Assembly (NCBI RefSeq): GCF_006345805.1 | Contig: NC_043010.1 | Span: 26,722,001 to 26,786,000, forward strand | DNA: 64,000 nt | From: Octopus sinensis | Lineage: Eukaryota | Reading direction: 5' to 3' | Shown here: one piece after another, positions 1-12,029 of the stretch | Layout of the letters: the number at the start of each line of letters is the position of its first letter | How positions within the stretch are numbered: the stretch's first letter is position 1 | Position numbers and translations under genes: made by a program | Notes under the pieces: model-generated | What the model was told of the DNA's origin: nothing | Seen by the model: only the letters and a program-made list of their open reading frames with translations | The model's database searches: none

Positions 1-165
1 CTGCGGCCATGCTGGAGCACTGCCTTTAGTCGAGCAAATTGACCCCAGGACTTATTCTTTGTAAGCCTAGTACTTATCCCATCAGTCTCTTTTGCCAAAC
101 TGCTAAGCTATGGTGATATAAACACACCACCATCAGTTGTCAAGCGATGTTGGGGGGACAAACAC
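1..165 (-). mobile_element. SINE-A 3' half (window edge)
   Basis: Reverse complement of the tail seen in full plus-strand copies (e.g. 56462-56850): gtcccccc-aacatcgcttgacaac...gaataagtcctgggg...gctccagcatggccgcag. Confidence 0.8.
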
Positions 166-251
166 ACACACATACATACATATATATATATATATGTGTG
201 TTATGGCTGCCCCCTCGTTATCGAGTATGGCCATTGCACGAAGCTTAACTG

Positions 252-3200
252 TTACTGGTGCTGTGATTGAATGTGACTTTTTAGCCCAGCTAAAGATTTA
301 CAATATCTTGTACAAAATTGGCAACTAAAACCTTTACTGGTAATAGCCGGCTGTAGTTGTAACTGGGCTTCATGTACCTTTGCATGTCGTTTAAGTCCTT
401 CTGCCGAATTACACTCTCTTCCACATGCCCAACAGATATGATTAGTATGGTGTGTTACACCACCACCAGTGGCCAGGTTGTCACTCATCTGTCTCGTTTT
501 ATGACTACAAAGATGACTCTTGAGTCCAGCTTTACTGAGGCAGGGTCTTGCACAGACATTGCATGTCAGCATCAAAGGAAGACCCTTCCCTTCTGGAAGT
601 GTAACAGCAATGCCCTTCCTGACATCCCTCCTTACTTTCTCATGTGCAACTCGAGATTTCTCAAAAGTGGCTGTCCCCTCATGAACAATCCTTCTCTACC
701 TGCTACGATCAATAGCTATGCCTTCCCATGTGTCAGGAGAGATGCAAGCATCTCTTAAGGAAGCCTTCGGCAAGTCCTTATACCTCTTTTGGTTTATATG
801 GAGGTTGTTCTCCTTTAGCTAACTTTCCATAAAAGAGTTGTTTTGGCATCCTTGAATCCTTCATTCTGACCAGATGACCACTCCATCTGAGCCTTTGCTT
901 TAACACAAGAGCTTCTATACTTTCACACCGAGAGCCTTCCAATATTTCAAGATCATTGGTGCGGTCCTTCCACTTAGTGCCATAGATCCATCTGAGGCAC
1001 ATCTGATGGAAATGTTCTAGTTGTTTAAGGTGACCCACCACTCGCAGGCATAGAGAAGAGAAGGGAGCACATATGCCTTGTACACCTTTATCTTTGTCTT
1101 TCTGCATATATCTCACCGACTCCAGAGGCGCTTTTCTAGCCTTCCGAAAGCAACACTTGCTTTCCTAATTCTATATGGAATTTCATCATCCAAATTGCTA
1201 TATCTATTAATAGTGCTTCCCAGGTAGACAAACTGATCAACTACATCAAGTCGTTTACCATACACATAGATATTTGGTACACTATACTGCTTACCAGGGG
1301 CAGGTTGATGCATGACAACAGTTTTCTTGAGATTAACTGTCAATCCTAAGGCAGTGCAAGCATCAGAGAATGCATTCAAAATGTGTTGCATATCAATCTC
1401 TGTGTGTGCTACTAGCTCACAATCATCTGCATACAAAAGGTCTCTTATGATAGAGGTAAATATCTTTGTTTTTGCAGCAAGGCGCCTGATATTAAATATG
1501 CTGCCAGAGGTTCGATAATGGACGTAAACACCGTAACTGTAGTTTCTGAATGCAATACAGAACACCATCGCGAAATATATGGAAAATAGGGTCGGTGCCA
1601 GAATATCCCCGTTTCACTCCATTTTGTATTGAAATGGGCTCTGACATTTTCCCTCTAACATTCACCCTACCATTCATGTCTTCATGAAAAGACCTAACCA
1701 AAGCAAGGAACTTTTCAGGACACCCAAGTTTCTGGAGGACTTTCCACAATGCTTTTCTATTGACGGTACCAAAGGCTTTTGTCAGATCGACAAAAACCTG
1801 ATACAAATCCAGACCCTGTTCCACACACTTTTCCTGAAGTTGTCTAGCTGAAAAGATCATATCAGCAGTGCCATGTCCCACACAAAAGCCAGATTGACTT
1901 TCTGGAAGAACACAATCTGCAATGTATTTCAGCAGACGATCCAGAAGTATCCTGCATAAAACCTTTCCAACGGCAAACAGCAATGATACTCCCCTATAAT
2001 TACCACAATCATTCCTGTTGCCCTTTCCCTTATACAGGACCACCATTACTGCATCTCTCCAGTCCTCAGGTACAGATTCACTAGTCCATATATTACCAAA
2101 CAAAGAGTGAAGTTTCTGCAGAATTTTCTCACCACCATGCTGTAACAACTCCGCATGTATGCCATCCATACCCAGAGACTTCCCATTATTCAACCTTGAG
2201 ACAGCCATTGCAACTTCTTTCAACTTTGGTGGTTCTGCGAGTGCTGCCTTCTCAGGCAATCCAGGGATGAGATTGAGAACATCCTCACTAACTACAGACT
2301 GCTGATTCAAAAGTTCATCAAAGTGTTCTTGCCTCCTTCACGGAATTCCTTGTGAATCACGAAGAAGTTCTTCACCATCCCTGCTTCGGAGTGGTGTCAT
2401 CAGGGAAGATGTTGGTCCATAAACTTCTCACAAGAGACCATACAACAGCTTTGTGTTATTGTAATCTGATGCCGCCTGTATCTCATCAGCCTTCTTACTC
2501 CACCATGTATCCCTCATCTCTGAGAGCCTTTGCCTCACACGTGATTTTATGTCCTTGAGTTCCCTATGCAATACTTCCCTTTCCTGTGACTTTGCTGACA
2601 AATAGCGTGACGAAGTACATCTTTTATCAGCCAATAAATCATCTATATGTTCATCATTTTCTTTGAACCAATCTTGATGCTTTCTTTGTATCAATCCCAG
2701 AACTTTCTTGCCTATATCATAAACTGACTTTTTAAGGGTCAGCCAATCCTCCCCAATATCTGCAGCATTCATTTCCTCTCGTAAAGTTCGCTTCACACTA
2801 TTATACTTAAGACAATCAACATTCAGTCTTTTAGGCAGGGTAATCCCTGCAGCTCGGATTTTATGTTTTGTGACTAATTTCATTTTTGCGCTGACTAGGC
2901 GGTGGTCAGCCCAACAATCAGCTCCACGAAGAACACGAACACACTGCACATCCTGTCTGTCACGCACCCTAACTAGGATGTAATCCAGAATATGCCATTC
3001 TTCAGATGCAGGGTGCATCCATGTAATCTTAAGCTTATTCTTTTGTTGAAACATGGTATTGGTAACACACAGACGCAGCTCCTCACACATCTGCAGCAAA
3101 AGCATGCCATTACTATTACACTTCCCCACCCCATGCTTTCCAATTACAGTCCATGTGTTAAAATCCCTACCCACTCTAGCATTAAAGTCACCCAGTACGA

Positions 3201-3941
3201 TGACTTTGTCTGCCCAAGGGATATTTCTTATAATGCCATTCAAAGCATGGTAGAAAGAAAGTTTTTCGTCATCAGTATAGCACATAGTTGGAGCATACAC
3301 ACTCACCAAGGTCATATTACTCTTTTTACTCTTTTACTTGTTTCAGTCATTTGACTGCGGCCACGCTGGAGCACCGCCTTTGGTCGAGCAACTCGACCAC
3401 GGGACTTATTCTTTGTAAGCCCAGTACTTATTCTATCGGTCTCTTTTGCCGAACCGCTAATATAATTTCCTTTAGCCAAAGGAATTCTCATGGACATAAG
3501 ATGCTCGTTAATTCCAACTGGGAATTCTTCCAACTTGTCCACAAGAGTAGTCTTAACAGCAAATGCCACTTCAGCTTCTCCTCTAAACTCTTCATTCCTC
3601 CCTTTCCAAAAGAATGTATATTTTCCACAAGATTCTGTAAGATGACCATCTCCAGGTAATCTCATCTCAGATAAAGCAACGATGTCAAGATCATAGCGTT
3701 GAAGCTCCCTTGCAACAAGCACAGTCCTTCTTTCGGGACATTTAGAGGACTTGCGGTCAAGCAGTGTCCGTACATTCCAACAGCCAATATTCACTATTTT
3801 CTTTGGTTCTATCAAAGTAGCATGATAACGGCCGGGTTCAGACTGTGATGCTCTGGAGCCCCTGCCGGGCCAGACTCTTTCAGATGATGTGGTTCCAGAG
3901 TCCTTACTGCCATTTATTTTTATACTGTTTTGGTACATCAT
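252..3941 (-). pseudogene. RTE ORF: APE endonuclease, reverse transcriptase and three C-terminal C2H2 zinc fingers; broken by stops, frameshifts and a SINE
   Basis: ORF pieces 3312-3941, 2428-3315, 1492-2310, 1113-1568, 778-1116 and 252-575 are collinear parts of one RTE polyprotein. Confidence 0.9.
3317..3459 (-). mobile_element. 5'-truncated SINE-A inserted in the RTE APE domain
   Basis: Tail tagcggttcggc...gagtaaaaagag. Removing it restores LAKGNY-MTLVSVYAPT. Confidence 0.88.
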
Positions 3942-4525
3942 TGAATTTTTTGCTTTTTAAGGCTACAGCCAGCCATTCAGTTGAGACTCAAGTGCCATCA
4001 ATAATCATGAATTAGTTAATCAATTTAATCAATCAATCAATGTTGTTATCGTGCAATACCTGTGCAAAAAGATTTTTTTAAAGTGAGGAAAGGCTGTGCA
4101 CTGAGTCAATCCCACTCACTAAGCAAAGCAGCCATAATCTGAAAAGAAGAACAAGTCAACATCATCGGTAACCACTGAGCCGCAGGTTTTATGTTGGAGT
4201 TATCCCAATTACCTGAGTTACCTTCTCCTAGAAGGATGCCCTAACAAAGGCTAGGAATCCTTCACTCCCAATGGTTTAACCGCGCGATTGGGTATTCAAT
4301 CCGATTATTTCTATGTCCCCACGCATGATACGGCCTTAAGCCTTAAGAAAAAAAAAATTACACATTAATTGGATGGCCGTTGACTCTCAAGAGTTCCTCC
4401 GCCCTTTGACGGGTTTTGTTTTTCATCCCGCAGGGTGTCCAATAAACACCCTCCTCACCAAGCAAGCTTGGTGGGGTTGCCGGTTTAGTCGCCGACGACC
4501 CAACCATATAAATACATATATATAT

Positions 4526-4682
4526 GACGGACTTCCTTCAGTTTCCGTCTACCAAATCCACTCACAAGGCTTTGGTCGGCCCGAGGCTATAGTAGAAGAC
4601 ACATGCCCAAGGTGCCACGCATTGGAAATGAACCCGGAACCATGTGGTCGGTAAGCAAGCTACTTACCACACAGCCACTCCG
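4526..4682 (-). mobile_element. SINE-A tRNA-derived head
   Basis: rc reads gagtggctgtgtggtaag (A-box-like)...ccgggttcatttcc (B-box-like)...ccttgggcatgtgtcttctactatagcc. Confidence 0.8.
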
Positions 4683-4759
4683 GTGCCTATGATGAAGTTG
4701 ATTAAGCTGCTATTTCTTGAAGGTCAGGGGACCATGAAGAGGCTCAGTTGTTGACTCAT

Positions 4760-5991
4760 CATTGCTGATGCTATTGTCGTTGTTGTTGTTGGCATCATTG
4801 TTGTAGCATTAGCTACTACTTGTTTGTTGTTGTTGCTGCTGTTGTTGTAGCTGTTGCTAGTGGTGCTGCTGCTGCTGTCGATATTATTGTTGCTGCTGTC
4901 GATATTATTGTTGCTGCTGCTGTTGATGATGATGACGATGATGGGAGTAGTACTGGCACTTTAGTTATACGTATAATGATTACAACATGACCCAGAAGGA
5001 ATGTGCAAATTGCACCGCATTTGTGGAATTCCTTGAGTGGTGTCTAAGACTCACCGATGCCAGCTGAATCTCATGACAGCACGAATAAACAGACTCAGCT
5101 AAACAGTGGGTGGTTCGATGGTGATGCACCGTTAGAACGGTGTTACACTTACATATGTCAGTCTAGTCTTACCGCTAGTGTTTTATTCCACCCACCACCA
5201 CCGACACCCACCCTACCACTACCACCACCATCATGGTAGTCATTGCTATTTCTGCACCCCCCTCCATCACCACCGCTCATCTGCATTACCCTTCTGCTAC
5301 TGTAAGGGTGGGGGTGGGGTGGGGTAGCGGGTGTGGGTGGGTTGGAGGGTGGGGGGAAGCGAGGGTGGGGAGATATTGGTTGAATAATAAATTTTAGCCT
5401 ACAACATAATGACAAGGATGATAGGAGTGGGGGGCATTTGTGACATTTGTAGGGGTGGGTTTGTAGTGGTGGTGGTGGTGGTGGCAGGGGATATTATTGT
5501 TGTTGGTGCAGATGATGGGGTAAGTGTTGTTGTTGCTGTTGTTGATGGCATGGTAGTGATAGATGGGAGGGTGTACTGGTGAGGACTGGTGGTGGTTGAG
5601 CGGGATGGGATTGGGAATTGGGTATTATTGCTGTTGGTGGTGTGAGTGATAGTGTTGTTGTTGTTGTTGTTGGCAGTGGTGGTGATGATCATGGTTACAG
5701 TGGTGGGGTAGGTGTATATGTATCAGTGACGTCAGTGGTCTGGGTAGTTGTACTTATTAGAGGCAACAGTAACCTTAATGTAGTTGTAACTGTAGTAGTA
5801 GTGGTGCAGCAGCAGCAGTAGTAGTAGCAGCAGCAGCAGCAGTAGTAGCAACAGCAGTAGTAGTAGCAGCAGTAGTAGCAACAGCAATAGTAGTAGCAGC
5901 AGTATTAGTAACACTAACAACAGCAGTAGCAGTAGTAGGAGTACTAGTAGTAGTAGTAGCAGCAGCAGCAGCAGCAGCAGCAGAAGTAGCT

Positions 5992-6033
<42 letters not shown>

Positions 6034-6070
6034 ATAGTAGTAGTAACAGTAGCAGCGGCAGCAGCAGTAC
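4760..6070. repeat. Mosaic low-complexity trinucleotide region (GTT/GCT/GGT/CAG/TAG)
   Basis: Runs of gttgtt, ggtggt, cagcag and tagtag; it explains the homopolymeric ORFs in the track. Confidence 0.9.
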
Positions 6071-6079
6071 AGAATAATT

Positions 6080-6275
6080 GTTTGGTTAGAGGTGGTGCTG
6101 CAAAATTCCCGTTCGGAATATATAGTTTTCTATGTGACAACTAGTCACTGATCTCTAAATTAGAAAATTACTCTTTGTAAATCTCACAATGAGAGATATT
6201 CCACAACAGCCGAACAATTATTCTATGCTGATGAAGGGAAATAACCTGGAAATCGCGATACATAGATATTGTTTT
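6080..6275 (+). mobile_element. Probable Penelope-like pseudo-LTR fragment
   Basis: Short non-coding block ending in a minimal type I hammerhead with palindromic stem III, a hallmark of PLE termini. No ORF. Confidence 0.45.
6222..6266 (+). ncRNA. Minimal type I hammerhead ribozyme motif
   Basis: Stem I UCUAUG (6222-27) / CAUAGA (6261-66); CUGAUGA (6228-34); weak stem II; GAAA (6249-52); palindromic AUCGCGAU stem III (6252-59); AUA cleavage triplet. Confidence 0.65.
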
Positions 6276-6287
6276 GGGCTGAGTAGG

Positions 6288-6514
6288 GGTGCTGGCAGAA
6301 ATGTTAGCATGTTGGGTGAAATGCTTAGCAGTATTTCATCTGCTGTTACATTCTGAGTTCAAATTCCGCTGAGGTCGACTTTGCCTTTCATCCTTTCAGG
6401 GTCGATAAATTAAGTACTAGTTACGCACTGGGGTTGATGTAATCGACTTAATCCCTTTGTCTGTGCTTGTTTGTCCCCTCTACGTTTAGCCCCTTGTAGG
6501 CAATAAAGAAATAA
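6288..6514 (+). mobile_element. SINE-B, full copy
   Basis: gctggcagaaatgttagc...ctgagttcaaattcc (B-box-like)...gcctttcatcctttcagggtcgataa...caataaagaaataag; many homologous copies in the window. Confidence 0.85.
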
Positions 6515-6554
6515 GGTGTGCTAGATTCCCTTGTTCAAAAGTGTCTCCTGGAGC

Positions 6555-6697
6555 TAAATTACAGCAACATTCATCCTAAACCAGGACTGCCATGTTATGT
6601 TGGAAACAACCTTTACAGCAGCAGCTCCAATATTCTTTATATGTTTTCCAAAGCTCTTGGAAACTGCTCCTAATGCTCCCGTTACCACTGGCATCAC

Positions 6698-6698
<1 letters not shown>
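6555..6698 (-). mobile_element. Relic 3' end of a Dong/R4-like RLE LINE
   Basis: Translates as PVVTGALGAVSKSFGKHIKNIG, matching the IPVVIGALG C-terminal motif of the intact copies; abuts a (TAA)n array on the element strand. Confidence 0.55.
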
Positions 6699-6746
<48 letters not shown>

Positions 6747-6789
6747 GTTATTATTATTATTATTATAATCATCATTGCTTTTATTAAAG

Positions 6790-6995
6790 TGGTGAGCTGG
6801 GTGAATTGTTAGCACACTGGGTACAATGCTTAGCAGCATTTTGTCCATCTTTCTGTTCTGAGTTCAAATTCTGCCAAGGTCAACTTTGCCTTTCATCTTC
6901 AAGGAATCGATAAAATAAGTACCAGTTGAGTACTGGGGTCGATATAATCACCTTACCCCCTCCCAGAAATTGCTGGCCTTGTGCCAAAATTTGAA
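6790..6995 (+). mobile_element. SINE-B copy
   Basis: gtgagctgg...ctgagttcaaattctgccaaggtcaactttgcctttcatc. Confidence 0.8.
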
Positions 6996-7671
6996 ACCAT
7001 CATCATTATTATTATTGAGTGTGAGAGCAGTGCATGCCATCAAAGTGACACTGAGATACAAATATATGATGCTCAATACACCCATCATGACTACCCATCT
7101 GATAAGGGTACATCAGGCACATTGCATCACAACCATATGTACACAACATGTTGATCTCATGTCAAGATAAACAGCGCATGACTTTGCAGGTGGGGCTCAG
7201 TTATAATTTCCTGCAGGTCGATTAGTCTATCCCAATCAAAAGGACCCTGAATAAGGTTTGTTTAAGGATAATTAACATGTATATCGCATCTGTCATCTAC
7301 TATCACTTGACCCTTATGTCTTGTCCTGGCCACCATCTGATTATACTGGAGTATATACTCTTCTGCTTCTTGTGGAAGGGATGCATCCCAATGGTCAGGC
7401 AGTTTGTCTGCTGAGTGATGGCCTGGGCAAGCTCTGGTTGATTACGTGCTGAGGTTACATCTCCAGTGCTTCCTTGTTGGTGAACAGGTGTAGTTGCCAA
7501 ACACTTATTTCTGCAGTTAGTTTCTTTAATGGAGCTGGTTATAATAGACACAGGTTCGTGTGTCACATAGCTAGCTAGAGGCGATGGCCTCTTGGAGCTA
7601 ATCAATGGCAGCTTTCGTCCTATATTTATGGACTGCCATATTAGCTTGGCGATAACTATTAATATATCATC

Positions 7672-7960
7672 ATCATCATCATCATCATTTAACGTCCGCT
7701 TTCCATGCTAGCATGGGTTGGACGGTTCAACTGGGGTCTGGGAAGCCCGAAGGCTGCACCAGGCCAGTCAGATATATATATATATATCATCATCATTTAA
7801 TGTCCATTTTCCTTGCTAGCATGGGTTGGACGGTTCGACTGGGGTCTGGGAAGCCAGGAGGCTGCACCAGGCTCCAGTCTGATCTGGCAGTGTTTTTACA
7901 GCTGGATGCCCTTCCTAATGCCACCACTCTGTGAGTGTAGTGGGTTCTTCTTATGTGCCA
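7672..7960 (-). mobile_element. RTE-3p fragments (two tandem 3' ends)
   Basis: (CAT)n-ttaacgtccgctttccatgctagcatggg occurs at 7672 and again at 7787; homologous to the RTE 3' UTR at 40200-40383. Confidence 0.8.
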
Positions 7961-7974
7961 GGGGAAGCTGACAG

Positions 7975-8428
<454 letters not shown>

Positions 8429-8430
8429 AA

Positions 8431-8607
8431 GATGGGCTTCTTTCAGTTTCCATCTACCAAATCCACTCACAAGGCTTTGGTCGGCCCAAAGCTATAGTAG
8501 AAGATACTTGCCCAATGGTCCATGCAGTGGGACTGAACCTGGAACCATGTGGTTGGTAAGCAAGCTACTTACCACACAGCCACTCCTGTGCCTTTACATC
8601 CAGAGTT
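8431..8607 (-). mobile_element. SINE-A head
   Basis: Homologous to 4526-4682. Confidence 0.8.
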
Positions 8608-9189
8608 GAAACTCTACCAAGATGGACTTTGCCTTTCATCCTTTCAAGGTTGATACAATAAGTACCAGTTGATACGGGGATGATGATGATGATGGTGGTG
8701 GTGGTGGTGGGGGGTCGATGCAATCGATTACCCCCCACACACACACACTTCCTCTGGAATTGCTGGCCTTGTGCCAAAATTGGAAACCATTATTACTTTA
8801 TTATTATAAATCCCCCGTTATTGTTTTGTTTTGCGTTTCACTCCATCAGAAAGTACCACAGACACACCGATGCTGGCTGCAAAACTATGTCATCGCCAAC
8901 ATATATATATCGGATCAACTTAAGCACTTCGTAAAGTTGCTGCCAAGTGTCCATTGAATTTAATGGAATAACCATTTGTAGAATTGAATTTCTGAAGAGA
9001 AAGAGACTTACAATAGACCTAACTTGGTGCTTTCTTCTTTCGCTCACTCAGAAATTCTAAGAAAATTTTCATAGCTCACTCTTATCATAATGTTCTCTAA
9101 GCCAGACAAATGTTGTTGTTGCTGTTGTTGTTTGTCATTTTATTGTACTGTTATTTTCTTTTCTTCTGGCTTTCATTTTTTTCTTAACT

Positions 9190-9558
9190 GCTGCGGCTTC
9201 ATCTTCTCCTCCTCTTCCTCCTCTTCCATCTCCCAGTTTTCTTCTTCTTCTTCTTCTTCTTCTCTTCTTCTTCTTCTTCTTCTTCTTCTTCTTCTTCTTC
9301 TTCTTCTTTCTCCCCTTCCTTTTTCTTCTCATCATCATCCAGGTTGCCTTCTTCCTCTTCACCCTTCTCATGTTCCTCCTCCTCCTCCACATCATCATCA
9401 TCATCATCAACATCAAAGCAATCAACACTTGCCTCATTTCTCATGGTGTGCATGTGTGTGTGTGCTTGTGTGTGTGCATGCGTGTGCGTGTGTGTGAGCT
9501 TTCATATCTGATTGTTGAAATCTTGATTGCTTCATCTCATTATCTACTGCCACCATCA

Positions 9559-9603
<45 letters not shown>

Positions 9604-9643
9604 CTTCTTCTCTTCTTCTTCTTCTTCTTCTCTTCTTCTTCTT

Positions 9644-9682
<39 letters not shown>

Positions 9683-9715
9683 ACTACCTAATAATAATAA
9701 TAATAATAATAATAA

Positions 9716-9746
<31 letters not shown>

Positions 9747-9849
9747 AAGAAGAAGAAGAAGAAAGCAATAATAAGAATACCAACACATCCTTCATCACCA
9801 GCACCAACACCTACACCACCACTACCACCACCAACAACAACAACAACAC

Positions 9850-9882
<33 letters not shown>

Positions 9883-9960
9883 TAATAATAATAACGACAA
9901 TATGAATAGTATTATTAATAATACCATCATCATCATCATTATTATTATCCAGTTTGATGA
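9190..9960. repeat. Compound trinucleotide microsatellites (CTT, CTG, CTA, ATA, AGA, CAA)
   Basis: Directly visible adjacent arrays. Confidence 0.92.
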
Positions 9961-10058
9961 TATCTAAAAGTAAAAATCTTCCTTAATACCGACACTAATC
10001 CTTTCTACCCCTGCTGCCACTTCCTCCACCAATACCAAGAATACTGCTGCTGCTGCTG

Positions 10059-10105
<47 letters not shown>

Positions 10106-10487
10106 GCTACTACTACTGCTACAGAATAAAAGTAACCATTTCCGTTTGAGCCGCCTGCTATTATTCTCATGAACGACTGCATCATCACCACCACCACCAA
10201 CAACAACAACACCAACACCGTCATGATCTCCCCACCACCACCACTACCACTTTCTTCATGTCTACTGCCGTTCCTTTTGGTCTGTGGAAAAAGACAGGAA
10301 TAAAAATTCTATTTCAAAAGTGTTCCAATTTGTATCTTAATCTTAACGATGATAACGTGACTTTTTCTGTTCCACATACCAAACTGACCTTTATTGAAAC
10401 AATGGAGATTTACTATTTATAAAAAAATATTGGCTAATTAAAAGAATTATATATTTGCTCAACCCACATCTGGTGTACGGCAGGGAA

Positions 10488-11885
10488 GGCGCATAACTTA
10501 GTGGTTAAGGTGTTTGGCTTGCAATCGTAAGGTCATGAGTTCAATTCCTGGTGGTGCATAGTGCTCTTTGAGTTCCTTCCCCAGTCATAGATTCATATGT
10601 CCAGTTTCTTGGCTTCCATGGAGTATATATATTCCCTGTTTGGACGGGATGCCGGTCTGTTGTAAGATTACTCCTTTTTGCCAGCTGAGTAGACTGGGGT
10701 AATGCAAAATGGAGTGTTTTGCTCAAGAACCCAACACGTCGCCCAGTCCAGGAATCGAAACCGCAATCTTACAATCATGAGTTCAACAGCTCTAACCACT
10801 TAGCCACATACCTTCACTTGTGCTCCTTCAGCAAGACACTTTATTTCAAATTGCTTTAGTTCACTCAGCTGGCAAAAATGAGTAATTGAAAAGGGCCACA
10901 TTCTGTGTGTCATGCTGAATCTCCCTGAGAGATGCCAAATGCACTTTTGCTGAAGGACAAGCAGCCAAAGCCCAAAAGCGGAACAGACGCAATGCCAAAT
11001 GGACAAGATGCCAAAAAGACATACAAAAATTAAAATATATGATAATTATTTTATTCCTACAATATGACCATTTGACGGTCTCAATTGGTCATTAAACTAT
11101 GTAGGTAGGAATGGGTTTTTGTTTTATCATTGTGTCTGTTTAGATTTATGCCCATTTGCCATTCTGTCCATTTGGCTTTAGATCTCTTCAGCATTGTGTC
11201 CATTCAGCTTTACATCTGTTTTGCATTGTGTCTTTTTGGCTTTATGCCTATTCAGCATTGTGTCCGTTCAGCTTTATGTCCATTCAGCTTTATATCTGTT
11301 CGACATTATGTCCTTTTGGCTTTATGTCCATTCATCATTGTGTTCATTCAGCTTTATGTCCGTTTGGTATTGTGTCCATTCGGCTTTATATCTGTTCAGC
11401 ATCGTGTCCGTTCGGCTTTATGTCCATTCAGCATTGTGTCCATTTGGCTTTATGTCCCTCAGAATTCTGTCCATTTGGCTTTATGTCCATTCATCATTGT
11501 GTTCATTCAGCTTTATGTCCATTTGGCATTGTATCCATTCAGCTTTATATCTGTTCGGCATTGTATCCATTTGGCTTTATGCCTGTCTGAGATTGCGTCC
11601 ATTCGGCTTTATATCTGTTCAGGATTGTGTCCATTCAGCTTTATGTTCCTCGGAATTGTGTCCATTTGGCTTTATGCCTGTCTGGCATTGTGCCCATTTA
11701 GCTTTGTGTCCATTCAGCTTCTTGGCTGTGGCTTCTTCCCCTTCGACAAAAGTACATTTGGCATCCTGTCTTCACATGGTCAGTAGAGTGCTCAGCATCT
11801 TGCATGTATATTTCACAAGCAGACTGTTCCATTGGTCAGATCAACAGGAACCCTTCACATGATAACCAATGGAGTGCCAGTGTAT
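10488..11885 (+). mobile_element. SINE-D pieces: plus head 10488-10560, minus head 10700-10815, and a plus body split by the foldback element
   Basis: tRNA-like A/B boxes (tagtggttaagg; gagttcaattcc). The body gctgaatctccctgaga (to 10929) resumes after 11766 as gagtgctcagc...ctgttccattggtcagatcaacaggaacc, matching minus copies at 27535-28130 and 39290-39460. Confidence 0.7.
10930..11766. mobile_element. Foldback-type non-autonomous DNA element with minisatellite arms
   Basis: Terminal inverted repeat gatgccaaatgcacttttgc... / ...caaaagtacatttggcatc (30 of 36 matches by eye). Arms are built from roughly 18-20 bp tgtccattcagctttat units in opposite orientations; the central spacer is itself palindromic. 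Confidence 0.7.
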
Positions 11886-12029
11886 TACAGTTTTGTTCTT
11901 GTTGTTGTTGTCAGCTTCAATGAGTAAAGGTCTGTCTATGCCCATAGATGTTCCAGTTGTGATCATTATGTTTTTTTTTTTGATTTTAGGTCTTGTTTTG
12001 TTAAATGTAATGTATATAAAGGTTTACCA

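Larger units (their letters stand above)
200..4340 (-). mobile_element. Near full-length degenerate RTE-clade (BovB-like) LINE
   Basis: 5' UTR motif gggcatccttctaggagaaggtaactc (rc of about 4215-4240). APE endonuclease motifs (IGCWNVRTL, LSEMR, LGDFNARVG, WHILDYI, DHRLV). RT motifs (QSGF, VFVDLTKAF, LLYADD, FVYLGS). RTE C-terminal LRWSGHLVRM...PKQLFYG. 3' hairpin ctcg-ataa-cgag next to a (TA)/(CA) tail. Confidence 0.93.

Noticed and set aside
5057-6140. Poly-Q, poly-A, poly-L and poly-T ORFs
   Set aside because: Translations of trinucleotide microsatellites, with no splice or domain support.
8985-9057. Hairpin gaatttctga...tcagaaattc as a pre-miRNA candidate
   Set aside because: A large asymmetric bulge and long loop make it a poor precursor; no other support.
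11130-11862. Three overlapping 144-222 aa Cys-rich ORFs (HLALCPFSF repeats)
   Set aside because: All three frames are open because the 18-20 bp minisatellite unit lacks stops; they lie inside the foldback element.
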